DNA from: Candidatus Latescibacterota bacterium
Lineage (GTDB): Bacteria > Latescibacterota > UBA2968 > GCA-2709665
NCBI GenBank assembly: GCA_965205485.1
Contig: OZ242180.1
Coordinates: forward strand, 320,001-384,000
Direction of reading: 5' to 3'
DNA: 64,000 nt
This document shows, piece after piece, positions 19,709 to 28,097 of this stretch. The notes beneath the pieces are model-generated. The model had not been told where the DNA came from and searched no databases. It saw only the letters and a program-made list of their open reading frames with translations. Made by a program: the position numbers and the translations under genes. Position 1 is the first letter of the stretch; every line of letters begins with the position of its first letter.

Positions 19709-21007
19709 ATGCAATACCCCCACATGTTTCGGATCCGCCAGCGCTTCGACGCGCCTCGCGTCGACGACATTCCCGGCGCCACCCGGCGCGAAATCCGGAA
19801 TCTCAATCCCGGCGAGACCATCAAACCCGGTCACACGGTTGCGATCGCAGCCGGATCCAGAGGCATCGCCAACCTGGACACGGTCATCGCGACAATCGTC
19901 GAAGAAATGGTCGCGCTGGGCGCCAGGCCCTTCATCGTTCCGGCCATGGGCAGCCACGGCGGCGGCACTGCCGAGGGTCAGGCCGGCATTCTCGCCGAAT
20001 ACGGCATTACCGAAGCCGCGGTGGGCGCCCCCGTCAGATCCTCGATGGACGTGATCGAAATCGGCGTCACGGATTTCGGCATGCCTGTCTATTTCGATAA
20101 ATGCGCCTCCGAGGCAGACCACGTGGTCGTCGTCAACCGCGTAAAGCCCCACACGGGCTTCGTGGGTGAGATTGAGAGCGGCCTGATGAAGATGATGCTT
20201 ATTGGCCTTGGCAAGCACAAGGGCGCGACGATCTACCACCGCGCCATTATTCATCACTCGTTCGACAAGATCGTACGCGTTGTGGGCAAGACGGTGCGGG
20301 AGAAGATGCCGATTACGTTCGGCGTCGCCCTGCTGGAAAACGGCTACGACGAAACTGCGCAGATTGCTGCGGTGCCCGCGCGGGATTTCGAAAGCGCGGA
20401 AAAGGAGCTTCTGGTCAAAGCCAAGGCCTGGTGCCCCCGGCTGCCGTTCGACGAAGTGGACCTGCTGATCATCGACGAGATGGGCAAAGACATCAGCGGC
20501 TCCGGTATCGATACCAACGTGGTGGGACGCAAGCGCAACGAACGCCGCGCGATGGACGGAGACACGCCCAACGTGCTGCGGATCTTCGTGCGGGACCTCA
20601 CGGAAAAAACCCACGGCAACGCCGTGGGCGTGGGCATGGCCGAATTCACCACGGACCGGCTGATTGAGAAAATCGACTATCACGCAATGAACATCAACGC
20701 CATTACCGGGCAGCACCCCCCGGCCGCCTCCATCCCCATGCATTTTCCCACGGACGAGGAGGTTCTGCAGATCGGGCTCGAGTCCATCGGTCTCATCGAG
20801 CCGGAGGACGCACGGGTGCTCTGGATTAAGAACACCCTGGATCTGGGCGAAGTCGAAGCCTCCACCGCCTACCTCGAGATGGCGGAAATGCGGGACAACC
20901 TGGAGATCCTGGTCGGCCCCCGCCAGCTCGAACTCGGCCCGGACCGCAACCTCCCGCCCATCGATACCTTCGCGCGCAAGGCCCCCGAAATGGTCCCCGC
21001 GGATTGA
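19709..21007 (+). CDS. Lactate-racemase (LarA) N-terminal-domain-like protein
   Basis: AIAAGSRGIAN; PAMGSHGGGTAEGQ; NRVKPHT; GKDISGSGIDTNV; GGAGG RBS. Confidence 0.75.
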   Translation: MQYPHMFRIRQRFDAPRVDDIPGATRREIRNLNPGETIKPGHTVAIAAGSRGIANLDTVIATIVEEMVALGARPFIVPAMGSHGGGTAEGQAGILAEYGITEAAVGAPVRSSMDVIEIGVTDFGMPVYFDKCASEADHVVVVNRVKPHTGFVGEIESGLMKMMLIGLGKHKGATIYHRAIIHHSFDKIVRVVGKTVREKMPITFGVALLENGYDETAQIAAVPARDFESAEKELLVKAKAWCPRLPFDEVDLLIIDEMGKDISGSGIDTNVVGRKRNERRAMDGDTPNVLRIFVRDLTEKTHGNAVGVGMAEFTTDRLIEKIDYHAMNINAITGQHPPAASIPMHFPTDEEVLQIGLESIGLIEPEDARVLWIKNTLDLGEVEASTAYLEMAEMRDNLEILVGPRQLELGPDRNLPPIDTFARKAPEMVPAD

Positions 21008-21061
21008 GGGAATGCCGCACGTTTATTGAAGTTTCCATTTAACCGGATCAGTATTCATTAA

Positions 21062-21226
21062 AGAGGAGATGACGTCTTCGAAAAAGCACCAACGTTCGAC
21101 GAAGAGGATTCGCTGGACTTGTTCCCTTTTCCATGGGAAGAAGCGAGGTTGTTTGATCCAATTCAGCTTGCCGGAGCCTGGCCAGGCGATGAACCGATCG
21201 AACAACTGCTTGCCCAACTCGATTGA
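21062..21226 (+). pseudogene. Start-less gene remnant (acidic C-terminus)
   Basis: Reads RGDDVFEKAPTFDEEDSLDLFPFPWEEARLFDPIQLAGAWPGDEPIEQLLAQLD-stop directly after a TAA; followed by a GCCCGC-GCAA-GCGGGC hairpin. Confidence 0.3.
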
Positions 21227-21382
21227 AAAAACGCCCGCGCAAGCGGGCAAAGCTACTATCAACGGATAAAGACTTTCAACACCTTGACGGAATCTGGTTC
21301 CAATTCATCTACATTAATCAATAGCACTGCTTTTTTCACCCCAAATTTGTCAGAGGGATGTCGACAGAGTGCGAGCAAGTCT

Positions 21383-21760
21383 ATGAACGCACTGGACCTG
21401 GGCGCGCAACTCAATGATCTTCACGAGTTGCAGGACGGCTGGCTCGATGGTGAAGGAATAAAGCCGCCCACCGATGGCCTCCAGTGGTTGCGACACGCTT
21501 TCGAGTGCAATTACCCCGATAAATTACCCCTGCCGCACCTCTATCCCACCGAGAACGTCGGAGTGCAGGCCGAGTGGTCTCTCGGACCGAACGAGATCAC
21601 TTTCGATGTCAATCTTGAATCCCATTTGGGCGAATGGCACTTGCTCAATATGGTGTCTGGCCACATCTCCGAGCGCACGCTGAATTGCGACGATGACGGC
21701 GATTGGCGTTGGCTGGTCGACCGGATTAAGGCATTGGCGGTTAGTCACGGGGACCTGTAA
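21383..21760 (+). CDS. Hypothetical protein, possibly the C-terminal fragment of a larger gene
   Basis: LNDLHELQDGWLDGEG...PHLYPT...VQAEW looks globular; no clear RBS. Confidence 0.45.
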   Translation: MNALDLGAQLNDLHELQDGWLDGEGIKPPTDGLQWLRHAFECNYPDKLPLPHLYPTENVGVQAEWSLGPNEITFDVNLESHLGEWHLLNMVSGHISERTLNCDDDGDWRWLVDRIKALAVSHGDL

Positions 21761-21836
21761 TACCGTAGTTGCCGTGGACATGCAGATCACGATTGAATTG
21801 GCGAATGGTGCGCCGTTTCAAACGAATGGAATTCTT

Positions 21837-22316
21837 ATGGTGTATGCGGGATTCTGGAAAAGATTCGCGGCGGCGTGGATCGATTACCTGGTTATTTACA
21901 CAGTAATGTCGATCTGGGGAGTCCTGTACGCAATCTACGTCATATTTCCCATCATAGCGGAATATGAAGGAACGTACGATTACGTAGACGCAAACGTAGA
22001 CGCACTCATTTTAGGGACGGTAATGTGGCTGGCGATCGCGTGGATCTATTTTGCGGTATTCGAGGCTTCGAGAAAACAGGCGACACTGGGAAAGTTGGCC
22101 GTCGGAATAAGGGTTACGGATCTGCACGGCAACCGCATCGGGTTCGGCAAGGCGTCGGGACGGTATTTCGGAAAGTTCATTTCTTCGACGATTATCGGTA
22201 TCGGCTATTTGATGGCTGCATTTACGAAGAGAAAGCAAGGGCTTCACGATATGATGGCCGGGTGCCTGGTGATCAGGCAGGATGCGGGTCCAGATTCCGT
22301 ATCTGTTGAGCGCTGA
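21837..22316 (+). CDS. RDD-family membrane protein
   Basis: YAGFWKRFAAAWID; QATLGK; KQGLHD. Confidence 0.88.
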   Translation: MVYAGFWKRFAAAWIDYLVIYTVMSIWGVLYAIYVIFPIIAEYEGTYDYVDANVDALILGTVMWLAIAWIYFAVFEASRKQATLGKLAVGIRVTDLHGNRIGFGKASGRYFGKFISSTIIGIGYLMAAFTKRKQGLHDMMAGCLVIRQDAGPDSVSVER

Positions 22317-22455
22317 GCTCTCGATGCCGCGGCGAGTCCATCATCGAAACGCATCTTAAGGCAGATGGTTACGTAACAGCGGACGCAGGTGGTTTCGACC
22401 GTATACCTGGTTTTATGGCCTAACAGTGTCGTATTGTGTGGCTAACACGGGAATC

Positions 22456-22710
22456 ATGAAAACAACGATTGATATTCAAGACGAACTGCTGGCGATAGCA
22501 AAGCAGTACGCGAGGAAGTCGGGTCGTACATTGAGCGCGGTGGTCGAGGAAGGACTGAGAGAGGTACTCGACGGACCGAAGCCTCGAACTCAATACCGGC
22601 TTCCTGATTTAAGTACGGGCAATCCGAGTTCTTCCGATCCGTTAGAATCCTGCACGAGGCAGGATCTGCGCGAAATCATCTATGGAGACCTGGATAACCG
22701 GTTTACATGA
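22456..22710 (+). CDS. VapB-like ribbon-helix-helix antitoxin (no toxin adjacent)
   Basis: MKTTIDIQDELLAIAKQYARKSGRTLSAVVEEGLR. Confidence 0.75.
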   Translation: MKTTIDIQDELLAIAKQYARKSGRTLSAVVEEGLREVLDGPKPRTQYRLPDLSTGNPSSSDPLESCTRQDLREIIYGDLDNRFT

Positions 22711-22766
22711 GATTAGGCTGCCTGACGCCAGAAAAACAGCCATCCCTCCGCCGATTCCATCCTGCG

Positions 22767-25700
22767 CTACCCGCCCTCAGGCTCGAACACAAGCTCCGGT
22801 ACCACAACCTCCCAGGTATCGCATTTTGCATGTTCACGGAACCCCGGTTCCGATGCTTCGCGGGTCCACGTCACGACCGCGTAGACCGTGGCGGTCTTGC
22901 ACTGCATGTCCGGCGGAGGTTCAAACGCCTCGGCAAGGCGTCCCACCACCGTACCCGACCTGTCCAGCAATTCCCATCGCCCGTATTCGTCAATCCTCGT
23001 ATCGAGCCGATCGCCGGTTGACAGTGCGGCGATGGCGTGATGGACCGGATCACTGGCGTGGCGCCGTCCGGCAAAGCCTAAGTTGACCTCACTCAGAGTC
23101 GGTCGCCGATATTGGCGGCTGAGTTCGCTGGAATTTTCCGTGACAGCATCAGTCTTGCGGTGCAGAATTGCGCCGTTATCGGGAAATCTATAGGGCGCCG
23201 GGTTGAGCGGCTCCAGGTACGCTGCTGGCACTGTCTCACTGACGATGTCCGACCGTACGGGACGTTCTCCGCCTCGGGATTCCTGAAAGCGAACAAGGGC
23301 GAGTGTCTGTCTGGCGCGCGTCATGGCCACGTAGTAGAGCCTGCGCGGCGCGTCGGGGTCTTCGCCCGCGTCCACCTTGTTCCAGCCTCCGTCGAGCACG
23401 ACGATGTGATCGAACTCCAGACCCTTGGCACGGTGCGCGGTCGACAATAATAGCCCGCGCTGGCGGCGGCGTACATCACGCCCCCACTCTGCCAGCCACT
23501 CGATGAAGTGGTCCACCGGCACTTCGCCATGTCCGGCTTCCAGGGCGTGCTCGTCGAGTGCCTGCCGCAGAAGTTCGGTCCATGTCCCCTTCGGCTGAGC
23601 TCCCACCCACTCAGTCAGGCCCGATGCATCCACAAGGCGGGTGTCCCTGCCGCGCAGCCATTCCACAAACGCGCGGGTTTCCCGCAGGTGCCAGAAGCTG
23701 GGAATTCCCTCATTCGCCATTTGTACCGGGATACGATTGACTTCGCAGAACGCGCGCACCGGGTCCAGGTATTTCCATTCGCGCGCAATCACGGCACATG
23801 CGGGCCAGTCCCAATTCGGAGATACATCCTCGAGGCGCTGAAGCTCTGTCATCGCGACCTGCACCTGCGAAATCGGGTCCGGATCCGAGGGCAGAACCTG
23901 GACTCTTCCGCGTGCAATCGGATCCAGCCCATCCCAGTCGCCGCCCGGCGGTTTCTTCGCTCTTGCACGGTCGATGCGGATCGGGTGTCCGGTCTTCAAC
24001 CTTTGTCGAGCCGGTTTGATCAGGTCGTTGGCTGCTGTAATGATGTTGCCGGTAGAACGGTAATTGTCGATGAGGTAGCTGGGTCTCGGCCCATAATCCG
24101 CTTCAAAGCGACGAATGAACTCTACCGATGCGCCATTGAAGGCATAGATGTTCTGATCGTCGTCACCCACGGCGAAGAGTGTGAGTTTTCGGTCCTCATC
24201 CTGCAGGGTCCTTCCGGCGAGGGCCGATATCAGCGCATATTGTTCGGCGCCGATGTCCTGGTATTCGTCCACGAGGATCCAGCGGAAGCCCCTGAGCAGC
24301 CGTTCCCGCCGATCGTCCGCGTCTTCGGGCTCCAAACCCTCACCGCGCAGTAGAGCCACCGCCTGGCGCAACACCTCACGGAACGCGTCGTCGTCCAGCG
24401 GCCGCCGTTCCCTATCCTGAAAACTCACACCGACGAGTCGCATCGCCAACGCGTGGCAGGTGAGGACGGTCACACCCCGGGCGTCGTCTCCAATCAACTC
24501 CTTCAGTCGTTTTCGGATTTCGACGGCCGCGTGCCGGTTATAGGCCAGCGCCAGAATACCGCGGGGATTCTCGCGACGTGCGCGGACAAGGTAGGCGATG
24601 CGATGCACCAGCACGCGCGTCTTGCCGGAGCCTGGACCTGCGAGCACGAGGACGTTCACCTGCTCCCGATCGTCCGCGACGATGCGCTGCTGATCGGGAT
24701 TCTTGAGGCTCTCGACGATCGCCCGCCAGGATTCGGGCGTGGTCTCGCGCTCGATCTCCTTGCCTCTTTCCGGCAACCATCGGCTGAGGAAAGCTTCCTG
24801 TGTGAGACTGAAATATTCGAGCGCCAGTCGCAGCGCGTCGGCCATATTGTCGAGTCCGCGCTGTGCGAATTCGGCCATGACGTGGATCTGCATTGCCTGG
24901 CCTTTGTAGTGAAGCCTCAGTGGTTCGAAGTCAGGCGCAGCAAAGCCTCGCTTCTCATCCGTCAATTTGATCGTCATCGCCTGACGGAATACCGCAAGGC
25001 CCTTGTGGAGTCGAATGACCTCCTGCTCGTGGAGCCACAAAAGGGCGCGATCCATCAATTTTTCCGGATTCCTGCTCTTCAGGACGATATCCGACGTGAT
25101 CGCGGCCAGAAGCTTGCCGAGGGTCGTCTCGGCGAGCAGGTCCGTGCCGCGAGCGTTGGGGGGCAGGCACGACAGCAGGTGATCGAGCAGGAGTTTCGCC
25201 CCGGCACGCCGGCGCGACGCGAGTTCAGCGAGGCCAGTCCATTCACGTCGCAGTTCAACGTTCACCGTATCGGGGTCTCGCCGTCGGATACCCAGGCTGC
25301 CCGCGTCACCGCCTTCACCGCGTCCGTCATTGGCGATACTGCGCAGAATGCGCCACAATCTCTCGGGAAGGGGATCGGCCGCTCCTTCGTCTCGCAGCTT
25401 CTGAGAGGCAAGGCGCAAAAAGAGTGGCCACTTGTCTCCCTTGCTCATATCAGGTGCGGTCTCGCGCATCTGCGCGATCAAACCATTCTCCAACTCCACC
25501 GCTTCATCAAAGCGCTTCCGTGAGTTTCGCGCTACGCCAGCGTGAACAAAGGCAGTGAGTGCAGTATCATTGCTGGCGATACCGAGCCGCTCGAGATCGT
25601 ACATGGCGCGACGTACGCCTTCGGGACTCAACCCGGACACGCCCATCAGTTCGTCCGTGGTGATACCTTCGTCGGGGTCCGCATCGATAAGTGCTTCGAC

Positions 25701-27980
25701 GATTCTCAGCAACTGCCGTCGATATCCCTCTGCAATCCTTCGCCTCTGGAACCTGGCACTTGCCTCCTTCACTGTGTTGACTCGCAGAGACGATGGGAAT
25801 ACCTGTACCCGGTTTTCCTCCCGGGACAACAATACCGTTTCTTCCAGCCAGGAGACGGCGGTCCGCACACGGGTATCGTCCGTGGCGGAGTCCCGTTCGA
25901 AGGCATTTTCGTCGTCCTCTCCGAGTATTTCACCTGACGTTGCGACAACTTCGCCGCCAAGCCGTTTCTTCCGGTCCAGATTGCGGAGTGCCCACAGTAC
26001 ACCGTGGATTTCCCGCCGGGTCAGTCGGGACGCTGCAGACATGCCGAACTGCCGTTCCACGTCTTCCGGGGTATAAAGGAGTACGCATCGCGCGGTTTTC
26101 CGGTCCCGCCCCGCGCGGCCGGCCTCCTGCATGTAGTTCTCCAGCGAACCGGGAATGTCCGCGTGAATCACCAGGCGCACATCCGGCTTGTCGATGCCCA
26201 TGCCGAAGGCATTGGTGGCGGTTATCACGCGCAGTTCGCCCTCGATGAATCGCTGTTGCACACTCTTCTTCGTCTCTGGGGGCAGCCGTGCGTGAAAATG
26301 TTCCGCGTCGACGTCCTTAAGCTGCAGGAACTGCGCCGCCTCTTCCGTCTGGCGTCGCGTTGCGCAATAGACGATGGCGCCCCCGGGGGTATCCGGTGGC
26401 AGGTCCGCCATCAGTATCTGATGGATGTGCGCGAATTTCTCCGGTTCGGTCGTCTTCACGACCACGAATTCCAGATTCGTACGCTGGGCCCCGCCGTCGA
26501 ACACGCTTAACTCGATCTGTAACTCGTCCTGAAAATGCTGTCTGATGTCTGCGACGACGTCGGGCTTTGCGGTCGCCGTCAGGCAGATCACCGGGGGGAT
26601 CGGCTCCTCTCCCGCCTTCTCACGGATGAACCGTCCTATATAGCGGTAATCGGGACGGAAATCGTGGCCCCACCGCGAGAGGCAATGGGCTTCGTCCAGC
26701 ACCCACGCGCCGATTTCGCGCTGGTCCAGGACACGACGGAAGGAGTGACTGCGGAGTTGCTCGGGCGAAACGAGTACCATCCCGGCGTCCCCGAGACGCA
26801 CCCGGTCCAGCGCATCGGCGCGTTCGGGCATCGATAGCAGTCCGTTGATGGCCACACAGGAGGATATTCCCCTTGCTTCCAGCCCGGCAACCTGGTCAGC
26901 CATGAGTGCGACGAGCGGCGAAATCACCACGGTCAGGGCGCCAATCTTGTCGTAGCGAGACAGAGCAGGAATTTGGTAACACAGTGACTTTCCGGTTCCG
27001 GTTGGAAGGATGCCCAGAACGTGATCGCCGGCCATTGCAGCTTCGCAGATGTTCTGCTGCATCGGGCGACCGTCTTTGTCGGCCGGTTCCGGTCGAAAGT
27101 CGTCGAATCCGAACCATCGCTTCAGTTCCTTACACGGGTCGTGCCGCTCATTGCACCATTCGCAGTCCGACTCGCCGCACGGCCTGTCCCGCAACCGGCG
27201 AACGAGCTTACCGGCATCCGGGAACTGATGCCGTACCCACGGCGGCATCACCGAATTGCCCCCGGCGACCGACAGCCAGGCGATGGCGTAAGCGAGAGGC
27301 CAGCCGAACTCTCTGGAATTTTGAATGACAACCTGGCCGATGTTCTGACAGGCGTTGCCATTCAAGAGGCTGCCTATGGCTGCGCTTGCCTCGGCGTCCG
27401 AAGGCCGTTGATTCCGTCGCAGCGCGGAGAACAATGCGTCGAGACCGGAAGCTTCATTTCCGGAAAACGCGTCGATGCCTGACCCGTCACCCGCGGTCGA
27501 CGTGAGCCAGTGCCACGCCAGGGGCAGGTCCGGGGTGTCCCGAATGACTGCTTCCAATGCACCGCATTGGTCACGGAAGAGATCCAGGGCGAGGCGCGCG
27601 TCGAGTTCCGGGTCGTTTAAGCGCCCTTGTTTGAGCTGTGGGTCCTGGTAGTGCTTCACGAGGTGGTGATAGGGATTGCGAGGAAAGGCGAGAGGGTTCA
27701 GTTTCAGTGTATCGACGGCAGGCAGTTTCAGCAGCCGCAGGTTCGAATTCGCCGCTGCGAGATGCGGCAGATCGAAGGCAATCAGGTTATGGCCGAGCAG
27801 GAAGTCCGCGCCTTTGGCGAATTCGTCAAGTTCGGCCAACGCCGTTGTCAGATCAACCTTGCGGGAGGTCATGGACCGATCGGTATCCGTGCGGACCGCG
27901 GCGAAAGCACCGATGCGGCCGTCGTTCTTCCCGACCTCCAGGTCAATTGAAATGTAACGATGGGGCGAATTGGAATACAT
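22767..27980 (-). CDS. Fusion of DEDD-like exonuclease, RecQ (SF2) helicase and UvrD (SF1) helicase with HIRAN-like tail
   Basis: IDLE, GHNLIAFD; PTGTGKSLCYQ, DEAHCLSRWGHDFRPDY, QEAGRAGRD; AGPGSGKT, VDEYQD, VGDDDQNIY, AKGLEF, YYVAMTRAR. Confidence 0.9.
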   Translation of the reverse strand: MYSNSPHRYISIDLEVGKNDGRIGAFAAVRTDTDRSMTSRKVDLTTALAELDEFAKGADFLLGHNLIAFDLPHLAAANSNLRLLKLPAVDTLKLNPLAFPRNPYHHLVKHYQDPQLKQGRLNDPELDARLALDLFRDQCGALEAVIRDTPDLPLAWHWLTSTAGDGSGIDAFSGNEASGLDALFSALRRNQRPSDAEASAAIGSLLNGNACQNIGQVVIQNSREFGWPLAYAIAWLSVAGGNSVMPPWVRHQFPDAGKLVRRLRDRPCGESDCEWCNERHDPCKELKRWFGFDDFRPEPADKDGRPMQQNICEAAMAGDHVLGILPTGTGKSLCYQIPALSRYDKIGALTVVISPLVALMADQVAGLEARGISSCVAINGLLSMPERADALDRVRLGDAGMVLVSPEQLRSHSFRRVLDQREIGAWVLDEAHCLSRWGHDFRPDYRYIGRFIREKAGEEPIPPVICLTATAKPDVVADIRQHFQDELQIELSVFDGGAQRTNLEFVVVKTTEPEKFAHIHQILMADLPPDTPGGAIVYCATRRQTEEAAQFLQLKDVDAEHFHARLPPETKKSVQQRFIEGELRVITATNAFGMGIDKPDVRLVIHADIPGSLENYMQEAGRAGRDRKTARCVLLYTPEDVERQFGMSAASRLTRREIHGVLWALRNLDRKKRLGGEVVATSGEILGEDDENAFERDSATDDTRVRTAVSWLEETVLLSREENRVQVFPSSLRVNTVKEASARFQRRRIAEGYRRQLLRIVEALIDADPDEGITTDELMGVSGLSPEGVRRAMYDLERLGIASNDTALTAFVHAGVARNSRKRFDEAVELENGLIAQMRETAPDMSKGDKWPLFLRLASQKLRDEGAADPLPERLWRILRSIANDGRGEGGDAGSLGIRRRDPDTVNVELRREWTGLAELASRRRAGAKLLLDHLLSCLPPNARGTDLLAETTLGKLLAAITSDIVLKSRNPEKLMDRALLWLHEQEVIRLHKGLAVFRQAMTIKLTDEKRGFAAPDFEPLRLHYKGQAMQIHVMAEFAQRGLDNMADALRLALEYFSLTQEAFLSRWLPERGKEIERETTPESWRAIVESLKNPDQQRIVADDREQVNVLVLAGPGSGKTRVLVHRIAYLVRARRENPRGILALAYNRHAAVEIRKRLKELIGDDARGVTVLTCHALAMRLVGVSFQDRERRPLDDDAFREVLRQAVALLRGEGLEPEDADDRRERLLRGFRWILVDEYQDIGAEQYALISALAGRTLQDEDRKLTLFAVGDDDQNIYAFNGASVEFIRRFEADYGPRPSYLIDNYRSTGNIITAANDLIKPARQRLKTGHPIRIDRARAKKPPGGDWDGLDPIARGRVQVLPSDPDPISQVQVAMTELQRLEDVSPNWDWPACAVIAREWKYLDPVRAFCEVNRIPVQMANEGIPSFWHLRETRAFVEWLRGRDTRLVDASGLTEWVGAQPKGTWTELLRQALDEHALEAGHGEVPVDHFIEWLAEWGRDVRRRQRGLLLSTAHRAKGLEFDHIVVLDGGWNKVDAGEDPDAPRRLYYVAMTRARQTLALVRFQESRGGERPVRSDIVSETVPAAYLEPLNPAPYRFPDNGAILHRKTDAVTENSSELSRQYRRPTLSEVNLGFAGRRHASDPVHHAIAALSTGDRLDTRIDEYGRWELLDRSGTVVGRLAEAFEPPPDMQCKTATVYAVVTWTREASEPGFREHAKCDTWEVVVPELVFEPEGG

Positions 27981-28097
27981 GCTCAAGTATCGTGAAAATG
28001 ATGCCGGCGGCGAAAACCGGGCGCCCACAAGGGACGCCCCTACACGGCATCGGGCATTTGGTCGGTCGGACAGAGATCAGCGATTTGAAAGCGCCCG

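Noticed and set aside
21010..28000. Prophage or integrative element
   Set aside because: No integrase, phage structural genes, tRNA target or flanking direct repeats seen
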